DNA of 54,689 nucleotides from Meiothermus sp. (GCA_033762915.1 JANRLD010000066.1:1-54689); one strand, 5' to 3'. Numbered from the stretch's first letter, positions 30,808-41,388 are shown. The notes: generated by a model from the sequence alone, not told the origin. Translations and numbers: made by a program.

Positions 30808-32031
30808 ATGCGTTCACTCCCACTAACAACCAAACTAGTGTTATTCCTTGGGGTGTTTGGGGTTTCATTGTTTGGTTGGACTTTAGGCTCGAGTCCTATT
30901 CTCGTTAGCGATCTGGTTCTATTTGGATGGGTTCTGACAGGCATCCTTTGGTACCGACGCTTGGACTGTTCTCTACTAGGTCTTTTCGTCTGGCTTTTCT
31001 TATTGGTCAACTTGCTAGGATTTTTCGCCTTGACGGTAAGGCCCAGTTTTTTTGCCGGTGATTTTTTAGCATCTCTAATACGTTTGTGTTTGAGCTTTAG
31101 TTTGGTATTTACCGTTTCACCAATTATTCGTGCACTCGACGTACGCAATCTGGGGCGGGCGATCCTTTGGGTGATTCGTATCCATGCTTTGATAATTGTT
31201 GCAATGGCAACCAGCAATCTAGCACTGGGAACTCAACTTTATCGATTCGCGAATTTGGGCAACTACACCCCTGAAACCTTTATTGCATGGGGTCGGGTTA
31301 GTGGACTCTTTGCTGAACCCGCATACTTCGGCTGGTTCGTAGCCTTGGGCCTTTTCACTCTGCTCAATATCAGCATAAGGTACAAGATACATACAATTTC
31401 TATATTAGATTATCTGCTTCTCGTGCTGGCTTTATTGTTTAGCACTTCACTTGCAGGAGTAACAGTAGGGCTCATAGCTTTATTCGGTACAGTATGGGTG
31501 CGAATGTTCTACTTAACGCCTAACATCGGACAAAAGCTGCTCGCCACATCAACCCTCACCATCGGCTTGATTATCGTCTTGGTTTTGTTTTCTTCAAATC
31601 CAACACAAACTGCGTATCTTTTCGATCGTTTATCAAACATTACCACCGATGCCTCCTTTCAGGATCGCATACCCGGTTCGCTAGAGGCTTCGCGTTACAT
31701 TTTCCTCCAAAACCCCCTAACTGGAACAGGGTTAGGGAACCTTGCACAGTCAGTTAAGGATGGTATGCCTTTCTTCATCTATAAGTGGCCCGAAAACATT
31801 GATATCCATATCTCATGGGCTGCCGTTTTTGCCACAACCGGACTATTCGGTGGAGTCATATATGCCTTGATGCTCTTTGGAACGGTGATTGATCAGAACT
31901 CGAGACCGCTTGGCTGGGGTCTTATCTTGGTTTCATTCGTGTATGGCGGATTTGCGCTGGGAGTTCTTTGGTGGTTTTTGGCCTTAACATTGGTATTCCA
32001 GAAACCACAGCTCATATGGAGGTCATCATGA
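30808..32031 (+). CDS. Probable polysaccharide polymerase (Wzy-like)
   Basis: ~10 TM helices, RVSGLFAEPAYF and GTGLGN motifs; low GC; lies among glycosyltransferases. Confidence 0.72.
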   Translation: MRSLPLTTKLVLFLGVFGVSLFGWTLGSSPILVSDLVLFGWVLTGILWYRRLDCSLLGLFVWLFLLVNLLGFFALTVRPSFFAGDFLASLIRLCLSFSLVFTVSPIIRALDVRNLGRAILWVIRIHALIIVAMATSNLALGTQLYRFANLGNYTPETFIAWGRVSGLFAEPAYFGWFVALGLFTLLNISIRYKIHTISILDYLLLVLALLFSTSLAGVTVGLIALFGTVWVRMFYLTPNIGQKLLATSTLTIGLIIVLVLFSSNPTQTAYLFDRLSNITTDASFQDRIPGSLEASRYIFLQNPLTGTGLGNLAQSVKDGMPFFIYKWPENIDIHISWAAVFATTGLFGGVIYALMLFGTVIDQNSRPLGWGLILVSFVYGGFALGVLWWFLALTLVFQKPQLIWRSS

Positions 32032-33155
32032 TTGCTATGATTGATCCGTCTGACTTTACCCCACCATACAACCAACAGTTATGTAACTCCTTAGGAGTGC
32101 TAGATCAGAAAGTCATCCTGTTTGGTTCGAAACCCAATCTTTATAGTCCAGTTTCGTTTAGGTACCAACCTCATTTTTATCGTATCTCCGAGCGGTTAAG
32201 AACTCTTCCCAAACCACTGTACTTATCCATCAAAGGCTTCGAGCATTCCTACAATATGCAAACCCTATATTGGAATTTACGCAACCTCCAACCCAAAGTG
32301 ATCCACTTCCAGTGGTTACCCCTGCCAAGTCTAGACCGTCACTTCATACCACAACACAAAAAGTTAGCCCCTACGATCATGACCGTTCATGACACACAAC
32401 CCTTTAATGGAGACCCATCAAACCGCCTGCAGGTACGTGGCTGGCTAAACAGCCTATCAACCTTTGATCACTTGATTGTCCACACCGTCTATAGCGCAGA
32501 GCAGCTGATACGCGCAGGTATTGATAGTGCCAAGATCTCTATTGTACCAATTGGAAGTATGGATGTCTTACCTGAGACTTTTCGAGCTCCTGATTTAGAA
32601 ACAAAAGTCATCTTGTTCTTCGGTAATATCAAACCGTACAAGGGTCTTGATGTCTTGTTAAGGGCAGTCAGCCAGTTTGAACCCGAACTTAGGAACTCAG
32701 TAGAAGTATACATCTACGGAAGACCAATCATGGATATTGAACCCATGCGTAGGCTGGCTCAACAACTAGGAATTGGTAAGCAGACTTACTGGAATCTGCG
32801 GTTTATAGAGGATAAAGAAGTTCCCGATATTTTCGCAAAAGCCAACGTGGTGGCTCTACCCTATCGTGCAATTGATGCCAGTGGTGTCCTCACTCAAGCC
32901 CTGATCTATGGTAGGCCAGTGGTTGCCAGTAGGCTTGGAGGATTGGTTGACTTCATTGAAAATGGGTCAACAGGCTACCTTGTACCTCCTGAAAACCCTG
33001 AAGCGCTTTCAGAGGCTCTTAAGTCAATACTGTCTGACCCTCAGCTACAACTTAAGATGGCCCAGTCTGCTTACCAGCGTGCACAAAACATGCCCACATG
33101 GACACAAATTGGCAAGACAACCCTCGATGTTTATCAAAAAGCCTCGCGCTACTAA
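32028..33155 (+). CDS. Glycosyltransferase family 4
   Basis: LFFGNIKPYKGLD, LPY...SGV and GRPVVAS motifs; ATGA overlap. Confidence 0.9.
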   Translation: MIAMIDPSDFTPPYNQQLCNSLGVLDQKVILFGSKPNLYSPVSFRYQPHFYRISERLRTLPKPLYLSIKGFEHSYNMQTLYWNLRNLQPKVIHFQWLPLPSLDRHFIPQHKKLAPTIMTVHDTQPFNGDPSNRLQVRGWLNSLSTFDHLIVHTVYSAEQLIRAGIDSAKISIVPIGSMDVLPETFRAPDLETKVILFFGNIKPYKGLDVLLRAVSQFEPELRNSVEVYIYGRPIMDIEPMRRLAQQLGIGKQTYWNLRFIEDKEVPDIFAKANVVALPYRAIDASGVLTQALIYGRPVVASRLGGLVDFIENGSTGYLVPPENPEALSEALKSILSDPQLQLKMAQSAYQRAQNMPTWTQIGKTTLDVYQKASRY

Positions 33156-33159
33156 TGTC

Positions 33160-34359
33160 ATGCGTATCTTGTTCTGCACGCCTCGATTACCTTTTCCGCC
33201 CGTCAAAGGTGATCAGTCAGTTGCTTTACAGAGGCTAAAGCATCTTTCCAGAAAACATGAAATCGTGCTGTTGTCGTTCTTTTCTGCTGACGAAGAGTTA
33301 AGCTATTTGACGCATCTAAAACCTTATTGCACAGAGATTCACGTTGTAAGGCTAGAGGCATCCCGCTCTATCCTCAACATGATTATAGGTGCCGTTAATC
33401 CTGGTATGCCTTTTCAGGTTAGCTATTATCAGAGTACGAGCTTTACTAACAAACTTCATACAATCCTTAATGAGCAATCTTTTGATTTAGTGCATAGCGT
33501 TTTGGTGCGTTTAGCCCCATACATGCAAACTGTAAAGCAACCGCAGGTTGTAGATCTTATTGATTCGATGACTCTCAATATGCGCCGAAGGGTTGCTCGA
33601 GAGACGGGCCTAAAACGTTTGATCTTTTCTGAAGAGTTGCGCCGTGTACGTCAATATGAGCGGTCGATCATCGGAAGATATCGGAATACTGCAGCCATCG
33701 TTGTTTCGCGCATAGATCAGCAAGAGTTGTGCAGCCCTAAAGTACGGGTTATACCTCTAGGTATTGATCTAGACACGTTTTACCCCCCGCCGGAACCACA
33801 ATCTCAAGAAAAAATAAAAACCCAACGTATCATCTTCTCAGGCAACATGGGATACGAGCCCAATATTAGTGCTGTTGAGTGGTTTGTCGGGAATTGCCTT
33901 GAAACAATCAGGCGCACCATCCCTGAAGTAGAACTCCACATCGTAGGAACAAACCCTTCCAACAGAATTCTCAAATTAGCCCAGAGGCAAGGGATCGTTG
34001 TGACCGGGTGGGTGGAGTCCATAGCGGATTACCTACGCAACTCGAGCGTGGCAATTGCCCCCATGCAATCAGGTTCGGGCATGCAATACAAGATTCTTGA
34101 GGCAATGGCCTGTGGCTTACCTGTGGTGACTACCCCGATAGGGCTTGGGGACATCCGTGCTCAGCCTAATCAGGCAATCTTAGTCGCTGAATCCCGTGAC
34201 GACTTTGCTCGAGAAGTTATTCAAATACTTTCAAACCCCGAGCAGCGGGAAAAAATCGGGCAGAATGCTCATGATTTTGTTAATCGTAAGCACAGTTGGT
34301 CCGCCGTTAATCAAGAGTTAGATATGCTTTATGCTGAGCTTGCCGGCTTACCATCTTAA
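33160..34359 (+). CDS. Glycosyltransferase family 4
   Basis: PRLPFPP.KGD, FSGNMGYEPN and GSGMQYKILEAMACG motifs. Confidence 0.9.
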   Translation: MRILFCTPRLPFPPVKGDQSVALQRLKHLSRKHEIVLLSFFSADEELSYLTHLKPYCTEIHVVRLEASRSILNMIIGAVNPGMPFQVSYYQSTSFTNKLHTILNEQSFDLVHSVLVRLAPYMQTVKQPQVVDLIDSMTLNMRRRVARETGLKRLIFSEELRRVRQYERSIIGRYRNTAAIVVSRIDQQELCSPKVRVIPLGIDLDTFYPPPEPQSQEKIKTQRIIFSGNMGYEPNISAVEWFVGNCLETIRRTIPEVELHIVGTNPSNRILKLAQRQGIVVTGWVESIADYLRNSSVAIAPMQSGSGMQYKILEAMACGLPVVTTPIGLGDIRAQPNQAILVAESRDDFAREVIQILSNPEQREKIGQNAHDFVNRKHSWSAVNQELDMLYAELAGLPS

Positions 34360-34383
34360 TGGTACCTGACTTAGGGAACAGTA

Positions 34384-35655
34384 ATGCTTTCAGTAGTTTT
34401 TTCCACACGATCCTCGCCACGTCATAAACGTGGCTGGCTTTTTGCGGATGTTTTGTGGCATCTCCTGGGTTTAGTGATTGTTATGATGATCTCCGCCATA
34501 CTTACTTGGGATACGTGGCAATTTTGGCGTTTTGAGGAACGCCGCGTGTTTATTGGCATGTTGGTACTGACCTATATTACCGGTCTATTTATCGGTCATC
34601 GAGTTTTGGGCTTTGCTCGAGCAGACTTTTTTGTGGCCGTTTTTATGAGCGTAAGCGTCTCCTTTCTATTAGCAGTTACAATTTTGGCTTTTGGTAGGTT
34701 CTATTATTCTCGCAGTTTTTTGCTGTTTGCCTACTTGATCACTCTAACTTGGCACATTTTAGGCTGGTGGCTGTTTTCCCGCCGAACTTTACGGTTAGTA
34801 CTAGTTCCTGGTGGTTTAAACCACCAACTCAGCGAATTGCCTGGTGTTCAGTGGATCACCATCAGCCACCCCGATAACGATTTGGATGCGGATAGCATCG
34901 TAATAGACCCTCACACCATGACTACGCCTAACTGGATTCGGTTTGTGGCAGAAAACTCTCTCCGGGGACGTTCTGTGTTTCACGCGGCAGCAGTGTATGA
35001 AGCTTTGACGGGGCGGATCTCCTTAGAGCACCACTCGGAGGGGTGGTTAGAAAATCTTAGTCTCCCCCCAGTTTATCCCTCCATTAAACGAATTCTAGAT
35101 GTGTGCGCAGTGCTCATTACCTTGCCAATAATTCTGCCTCTGCTGGGTCTAGTTGCCCTGTTGATTCGAGTCGATTCGTCCGGCGCCATCCTTTTTTGGC
35201 AAAATCGTATGGGGCAAAGCGGTCGACCTTTCTGGATGGTTAAATTTCGCACCATGCGAATCGACTCCGAGCAGGATGGAGCTCAATTCGCAGCCGATGA
35301 TGACCCCCGAATCACTCCTCTTGGGCGTTTTTTACGCAAGTTTCGTTTAGATGAGTTGCCTCAGTTTTGGAACGTTCTGAGGGGTGAAATGAGCCTTATT
35401 GGCCCCCGCCCCGAGCAAGTAACTTTTGCTGAAGGATTCGCCTCCGAGATACCTTTGTACCCCTATAGACATTTGGTAAAGCCTGGCCTAACTGGTTGGG
35501 CACAGGTGAATCAAGGCTATGCCGCTGATTCAGGCGAGACCCGTATTAAGCTTTCCTACGATTTGTATTATGTCAAGAATGTATCGATTTGGTTAGATGT
35601 GTTAATTGTGCTTAAAACGCTCCGCACGATTGTTACTGGTTTTGGGGCACGTTAA
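34384..35655 (+). CDS. Priming undecaprenyl-phosphate glycosylphosphotransferase (WbaP/WcaJ family)
   Basis: KFRTM, DDPRIT, LDELPQ, SLIGPRPE and KPGLTGWAQV motifs. Confidence 0.93.
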   Translation: MLSVVFSTRSSPRHKRGWLFADVLWHLLGLVIVMMISAILTWDTWQFWRFEERRVFIGMLVLTYITGLFIGHRVLGFARADFFVAVFMSVSVSFLLAVTILAFGRFYYSRSFLLFAYLITLTWHILGWWLFSRRTLRLVLVPGGLNHQLSELPGVQWITISHPDNDLDADSIVIDPHTMTTPNWIRFVAENSLRGRSVFHAAAVYEALTGRISLEHHSEGWLENLSLPPVYPSIKRILDVCAVLITLPIILPLLGLVALLIRVDSSGAILFWQNRMGQSGRPFWMVKFRTMRIDSEQDGAQFAADDDPRITPLGRFLRKFRLDELPQFWNVLRGEMSLIGPRPEQVTFAEGFASEIPLYPYRHLVKPGLTGWAQVNQGYAADSGETRIKLSYDLYYVKNVSIWLDVLIVLKTLRTIVTGFGAR

Positions 35656-35659
35656 GTCT

Positions 35660-37234
35660 ATGATTTGGGTTATTGGTGCCTTGTTTGTTTTTCTGCCCCT
35701 TTATCCACTTGCCTCAGCAACTATATTGGTTGGTTTTGGTTTTTTTTCACTATGCCTACGGCGTGATCCCATGAGATGGGGAGTTCATTTCTTATTGTTC
35801 GGTTTGTTGGGCGCAATAGCTCAATTGTTTTCACCGAGTCTCCAAGCTACATACCCAAGTTGGCTTGCCGTGAACTCTAAATCGGATTCAGTTAACATCA
35901 TTCCCTTTAACGGAATGGCTGACGTGCGGGCGTGGAATGTCGAAGATAATCTAGCTGGAAGAGCCATACAACAATCAGATGGTTTCTGGCGCATCTACCG
36001 TGTCAATCCCTCAACAAATCGTCCTATCCGTGCAATCTTCTCAGCTAGGAGCTACCCTGTTCAAACTGGACAAACATACACCCAAAGTGTATATGTCAGA
36101 CACAATGGAACTGAACTGGGGTTTGATTTCTATTTTACGACTGCTCGAGGTCAATCTCCTGTTACAGCGAGTTTTGAGCCTATAAACACAGAAATCTCTC
36201 GAGCATTTGCCAGTTATACGGTTCGTCCTGGTGATAACTGGCTTCGAGCAATAGATCTTGCGGGTTTCTCAGGAGATTGGAACCAGCTTGATCTGGCATA
36301 CCCACAGCTTGAAGAAGGACGTTCGCTTAGTCCCTATCAAGCCTTCTTACCGTTAGACAGTTTATGGCAACGGTTCGCTTGGTGGGTCGGGACAGCCCTT
36401 TTGGTGTTTTTCGCTTTTCACGGAAGTTTGTGGGTTTGGCATCGTTTGAAAGCTAATCACGCTGCAAATATGTTACTGCTAGGGTTGGCCATTCACTTGG
36501 TGTTTTCGCTCATACAAGCCCATACCAATCAATTCGTGGTCGACAATCGGGTTGGTGGATTGGCAGTTCAACCCAACTTTCTTGGACATCAATCCGTTCT
36601 ATCTGCTGCATTAGCTTGGATGCTGGGTGGTGTTCTTCCTGGAGCAACAGCTTTGAGCTTATCGGCAGGTTTGGTATGGCTTTCGGGAAGTCGTGCCGCC
36701 CTAATTGCATTGGGGATAGTCACCATAAACTGGTGGACTGGTCTAAATAGGTCAATCCGATGGATTAGCTTCGCAGTAGGTATGATAGGCCTTTTTGGGG
36801 TCTGGCTGGGCAACATCCCACTAGGTAGATTAGGCGACCTAGCGGTAGTAGACTTATCCCGGATTCAAATATGGGAGGTGGCCCTAAATGCAATCCGATC
36901 CTACCCCATCGGTGGCATTGGACAAGGAGCTTTTGCATATTTTTACTATTTGGAGTTGCCTCCAAATGCACTTGAGCGCTTAGCCCCTCACGCTCACAGC
37001 CTAATCCTGCAAGTTGGGGTCGAATCAGGGATCCTAGGAATCATCGGATTTATCCAACTTTACGGTTTGTTTGTAGTCAAAGCAGTGTCGTTTCGTAACT
37101 GGCCAGCGGTAATAGTCTTTCTAGTTATTGGGATACTCAATATACTCGATAGCACCTTTTTTTATGCTGGGATTCACTATGCCTTCTGGATAACTGCCGG
37201 ATGGGTGGTTCACAATAAGCCTGCTAAACTATAG
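35660..37234 (+). CDS. O-antigen ligase/oligosaccharyltransferase-like membrane protein with an inserted soluble domain
   Basis: R..G...QPNFLG, SGSRAA, RIQIW, GIGQGAF and PHAHS (Wzy_C-type) motifs. Confidence 0.8.
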   Translation: MIWVIGALFVFLPLYPLASATILVGFGFFSLCLRRDPMRWGVHFLLFGLLGAIAQLFSPSLQATYPSWLAVNSKSDSVNIIPFNGMADVRAWNVEDNLAGRAIQQSDGFWRIYRVNPSTNRPIRAIFSARSYPVQTGQTYTQSVYVRHNGTELGFDFYFTTARGQSPVTASFEPINTEISRAFASYTVRPGDNWLRAIDLAGFSGDWNQLDLAYPQLEEGRSLSPYQAFLPLDSLWQRFAWWVGTALLVFFAFHGSLWVWHRLKANHAANMLLLGLAIHLVFSLIQAHTNQFVVDNRVGGLAVQPNFLGHQSVLSAALAWMLGGVLPGATALSLSAGLVWLSGSRAALIALGIVTINWWTGLNRSIRWISFAVGMIGLFGVWLGNIPLGRLGDLAVVDLSRIQIWEVALNAIRSYPIGGIGQGAFAYFYYLELPPNALERLAPHAHSLILQVGVESGILGIIGFIQLYGLFVVKAVSFRNWPAVIVFLVIGILNILDSTFFYAGIHYAFWITAGWVVHNKPAKL

Positions 37235-37236
37235 AG

Positions 37237-38151
37237 GTGAATGTTCGTTCAGATTCTCTTCCATCAGAGCTTTCTTTGCGAGACCTTTACGATATCGTAA
37301 AGCGTTGGCGGATGTTGATTTTAGGCCTTCCTGTATTGGTGGCTGCTTTGACTTTAGTAGGTAGTTTTCTCCTCCCCCGCATATATACAAGCCGCGCCGT
37401 GGTCAGCCTGACCCTGGCCAACCAGCAAAACCAGCAAGGGCTGCTCAACAATCTCCCCTCCCTCACCGGTCTAGCTCAGGGCTTCGTAGACCTTCAAGCC
37501 ACCACTCTGCTCGCCCAAGAGCTCGGTGTGACCGACCCCACCCAGTTCTACGAGGCCCGCTTCGACGATAAGCGCAACCTGCTCAACCTGAGCGCCCAGG
37601 GCGGCTCGCCCAAGGAAGCCTTCGACCGCGCTACCCGCATCCTCAATGTTGCTCGAAACTATCTGAGAGAGCGCATGGCGGAGGGGGCTCAGGCCAACAT
37701 CCGCGCTGCGCTCACCCAGACCCAGCTCGACCTTCAGGTGGCCCAGGACGGCCTGCGCCGCATCCAAGCCCAGCTCCAGTCCACCACGGGCCGCAACACC
37801 TCCAACGGGACCGTCGCGGCAGGCCTCGAGGCCCGCGGCAACGACCCCCAGGCCGCCCGGGCGGTCAATCCCGGCCTGACCAGCCTGAGCCTCGACGAAT
37901 CCCGGCTGCGCTCGGAGATCGCCAAGTCCGAGGCCCGCATAGACACCCTGACCAAGTTTCTTAATCAGCCCGAGCAGATCAACCAGCTGGTCGGCCAGGC
38001 CCTGCTGGTGCAGGTGCTGGTGCCGCCCGCCGAGCCCCTTAGGGCCACCTTCCCGCGCCCGGTGCTGTTTACGGCGGTGGCGGCGGTGCTGGGTTTGCTG
38101 ATTGGGCTGCTGTGGGCCTTCGTCGCCGAGGCGGTACGCCCCAGGCCCTAA
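37237..38151 (+). CDS. Wzz-family chain-length determinant / polysaccharide co-polymerase
   Basis: ELSLRDL N-terminus, TM, coiled coil, Pro-rich C-terminal TM. Confidence 0.8.
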   Translation: MNVRSDSLPSELSLRDLYDIVKRWRMLILGLPVLVAALTLVGSFLLPRIYTSRAVVSLTLANQQNQQGLLNNLPSLTGLAQGFVDLQATTLLAQELGVTDPTQFYEARFDDKRNLLNLSAQGGSPKEAFDRATRILNVARNYLRERMAEGAQANIRAALTQTQLDLQVAQDGLRRIQAQLQSTTGRNTSNGTVAAGLEARGNDPQAARAVNPGLTSLSLDESRLRSEIAKSEARIDTLTKFLNQPEQINQLVGQALLVQVLVPPAEPLRATFPRPVLFTAVAAVLGLLIGLLWAFVAEAVRPRP

Positions 38152-38169
38152 AGCTGCTATCCTATTGCG

Positions 38170-40011
38170 GTGTTAGAGCCGAAGACGGGAATAAAGACCC
38201 AACTTAAAGCCGCTGTCGCCCAGGCCTTAGGGGCCCTGGGCGTGACCGAGCCTCCCGAGATCGTGGTGCAGGAGACCCCTGCGGGCAAGGAAGGCGATTA
38301 CGGCACGCCCGTAGCGATGGGGCTGGCTCGAGTCCTGCGCAAAGCGCCCCCGCAGATCGCCACTGAAATCATCGAAAAGCTGCAACCGCCCCAGTGGGTG
38401 AAGCGGGCCTTCATGACCGGCGGGTACATCAATTTCGAGCTAGACCCCGCCTTCTTGGTCCAGGCCGCCGCCCGGCCCGCCCAGCCGGCGCCCGTGAGCG
38501 GCGGCAAGGTACTGGTGGAGCACACCTCGGTCAACCCCAACAAGGAACTGCACGTGGGGCACCTCAGGAACGTCTGCCTGGGCGACTCGCTGGCGCGGAT
38601 TTTGCGGTTTGCCGGGCGCAACGTCGAGGTGATGAACTACATCGACGACACCGGGCGGCAGGCAGCAGAAAGTTTGTACGCCCTCGAGTACTTCGGGCTG
38701 GGCTCGAGCGAAGGCTACGGCAAGTACGACCACTGGGTGGGCGACGCCTACGTGCGGCTGCACCAGGAGATGGAAGACCCCGAGAAGAAGGCAGTGATCG
38801 AGCAGGGTGTGCAGCAGACGCTGCACAAGCTCGAGGCGGGCGAGTTGCGGGCCGAGGTCGACAAGATTTTGCGCTCGCAACTCCAGACCATGTACCGCCT
38901 GGGAGCCGAGTACGACGCCTTCGTGTGGGAGTCGGATATCGTGCGCGAGGGACTGTTGGCCAAGGCCATGAAAGCCCTCGAGGGCTCGCCCTACGTCTCG
39001 AGGCCCACCGAGGGCAAGTACGCGGGCGCCTTCGTGATGGACACCAGCGCCTTCATCCCCGGACTGGAAGACCCCTACCTGGTGCTGGTGCGCTCCAATG
39101 GGGTCAGCACCTACACCGCCAAGGACATCGGCCTTCAGTTCTGGAAGATGGGGCTGCTCGAGGGCATCAAGTTCCAGGAGTACGACACCCAGCCCAGCGG
39201 CGCCAAGCTCTACACCACCCACCCCCAGGGCGGCCCAATGCCCTTCGGCGGCGCCCTCGAGACAGTCAACGTGGTGGACGCCCGCCAGAGCCACGCGCTG
39301 CGAATCGTCCAGGCCAGCCTCGAGGTCGAAGGAAGGCACGACCTGGCCGAGGGCTGCTTCCATCTTGCCTACGAGACGGTGCTCTTGGAGGGCAAGCAGA
39401 TGTCCGGGCGCAAGGGCATCGTGGTGAGCGTGGATGAGGTGATGGACGAAGCCGCCAAGCGCGTGCTGGCCGTCATCGCTGAGAAGAACCCCGACCACCC
39501 CAACCCCCAGGAGGCCGCCGAGCAGATCGGGGTGGGGGCGGTCCGCTTCGCGATGATCAAGACCGAGTCGAAGAAGCAGATCGACTTCCGCTACGACCAG
39601 GCCCTGAGCTTCGAGGGTGACACCGGCCCGTATGTGCAGATGGCCTTCGCCCGGACTTGCTCGATTCTCCGCAAAGCCGAAGAGCAGGGTGTCATCAACG
39701 AACAGGCTGACTTTTCACAGGCGACACCGTATGAGGTCGAGTTGGCCAAAATACTTGCCCGGTTTCCCGAGGTCGTCCAAGATGCTGCCAGAATTAAAGC
39801 ACCCCATGTCGTGGCCCAGTATTTGCTCGACCTTTCGGCGGCGTGGCACTCCTATTTCAACGCGAAAACCCCCGATGGAAAGGCGGCGACTCGAGTTCTT
39901 GACGCACCTACAGGCCTCCGCGGGCTGAGGCTCGAGCTGGTCAAGGCCCTGCGGCAGACGCTCAGGCAGGGGCTCGAGTTGGTGGGGCTGCAGGCCCCCG
40001 AGGTGATGTAG
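38170..40011 (+). CDS. argS: Arginine--tRNA ligase
   Basis: EHTSVNPNKELHVGHLRN, MSGRKG, EGDTGPY motifs and a C-terminal APEVM. Confidence 0.96.
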   Translation: MLEPKTGIKTQLKAAVAQALGALGVTEPPEIVVQETPAGKEGDYGTPVAMGLARVLRKAPPQIATEIIEKLQPPQWVKRAFMTGGYINFELDPAFLVQAAARPAQPAPVSGGKVLVEHTSVNPNKELHVGHLRNVCLGDSLARILRFAGRNVEVMNYIDDTGRQAAESLYALEYFGLGSSEGYGKYDHWVGDAYVRLHQEMEDPEKKAVIEQGVQQTLHKLEAGELRAEVDKILRSQLQTMYRLGAEYDAFVWESDIVREGLLAKAMKALEGSPYVSRPTEGKYAGAFVMDTSAFIPGLEDPYLVLVRSNGVSTYTAKDIGLQFWKMGLLEGIKFQEYDTQPSGAKLYTTHPQGGPMPFGGALETVNVVDARQSHALRIVQASLEVEGRHDLAEGCFHLAYETVLLEGKQMSGRKGIVVSVDEVMDEAAKRVLAVIAEKNPDHPNPQEAAEQIGVGAVRFAMIKTESKKQIDFRYDQALSFEGDTGPYVQMAFARTCSILRKAEEQGVINEQADFSQATPYEVELAKILARFPEVVQDAARIKAPHVVAQYLLDLSAAWHSYFNAKTPDGKAATRVLDAPTGLRGLRLELVKALRQTLRQGLELVGLQAPEVM

Positions 40012-40269
40012 GGCGCTCAAACACTCACCCCCACCCCCCCTTTAAGGAAAGCGAGAGCAGGTCTTCGGTTCGGCCCCTTCGCCTGCGGGCGGGGGCCTGG
40101 GTTAAGGATTGCTCAACCCTCGAGGCCCGCTTTTCCCCGATTTTTCCGGGCAAAATCGCGCCCAATGGCCCACCGGGGGGGCGAAAACCCCGCCGCTATT
40201 GATTACTCACCCAGTACGTATGAGAATGAGGAAGCTGCCGCTCGAGCCGGGCGGGCGGCCACCCTTCAT

Positions 40270-41388
40270 ATGACCAACACCCTACCCCTCCCGAGACTCC
40301 CGCAACGCATATTGCACCGCCGACAACTCATCCTCACCGCACTCAGCCTGCTACCCCTGTTCAGCCCTACCGCCGTCGCCCAAGCCCCCCGACTCACCAC
40401 ACCCGAGGAGGTGGCCAGGGTCGAGGTGATCCGCCGTGCCCTGCCCGCCGTGGTCAAGATCACCGGGATTCTGCGCGACCCCCAGACCGGCAACGAAGGC
40501 CCCACCAACGGCTCGGGCTTCTTCTACAGCGCCAACCGGCTCATCACCAACTTCCACGTGATCCAGGACCTGCGCGACATCACCGTGGAGCTATTTGATG
40601 GCCGCTCCTTCCCCGCGCAGATTTTCGCCATAGACCGAGGCATCGACATCGCCATCCTGACCGTGCAGGGCGTCACCGCGCCCGCCCGGCTCCAGTTCGG
40701 CAGTTCGCAGAACCTGCTGGCGGGGATGGGGCTGGTCGTCATCGGGAGCCCCTTCGGCCAGCGCAACCTGCCCAGCTACGGCATCCTCTCGGCCATCGCG
40801 CCCACCGCGGCCGAGAAGAACGACCTCGACCCCGAGATCGGCTCGGAGATCGGCGACCTGATGTTCACCGATGCCCGCATCGTGCCCGGTAACTCCGGCG
40901 GCCCGGTCTTAGACCTCCAGGGCCGGGTGGTTGGTGTTGCCAACGCAACCCTTGGCGACCTCAGCGGGGTGGGCGGCCTGGGGGTGGCGATCCCCGGCGA
41001 CCTGGTGCGCCAGAGCGTGAACGACCTCGAGCGCTTCGGCGTCCCCCAGCGCGGCAACCTGGGTGCGACCCTGCTGGACTTGGGCGAGCTCGACCCGCTG
41101 CTGCTGGCTCGGGTGGGCCTGCTCTCTACGCGCGGCGCAATGATCCAGACCGTCACCCAGGGCGGCCCGGCCCAGCGGGCCGGCATCCGCCCGGCCCAGC
41201 GCGACCAGCGCGGCCGGCTGGTGGCGCTGGGCGACATTGTTCAGGCCATCAACGGGCGGCCCATCCGCAACTCCGGCGACGTGACCCAGCAGATCGCCCG
41301 CTTCCGCCCTGGCGAGCAGGTACGGCTGACGCTGTGGCGCAACGGGCGGCGGCTCGAGGCGACGGTCACCATGATCGCGCGGCGCTGA
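40270..41388 (+). CDS. HtrA/DegP-like trypsin serine protease with PDZ domain
   Basis: GSGF, TNFHV, DIAIL and PGNSGGP triad motifs; C-terminal PDZ. Confidence 0.92.
   Translation: MTNTLPLPRLPQRILHRRQLILTALSLLPLFSPTAVAQAPRLTTPEEVARVEVIRRALPAVVKITGILRDPQTGNEGPTNGSGFFYSANRLITNFHVIQDLRDITVELFDGRSFPAQIFAIDRGIDIAILTVQGVTAPARLQFGSSQNLLAGMGLVVIGSPFGQRNLPSYGILSAIAPTAAEKNDLDPEIGSEIGDLMFTDARIVPGNSGGPVLDLQGRVVGVANATLGDLSGVGGLGVAIPGDLVRQSVNDLERFGVPQRGNLGATLLDLGELDPLLLARVGLLSTRGAMIQTVTQGGPAQRAGIRPAQRDQRGRLVALGDIVQAINGRPIRNSGDVTQQIARFRPGEQVRLTLWRNGRRLEATVTMIARR

Noticed and set aside
35740..35747. T8 tract near the start of the ligase-like gene as a phase-variation site
   Set aside because: Short T runs are expected in AT-rich, Phe-rich membrane-protein genes.
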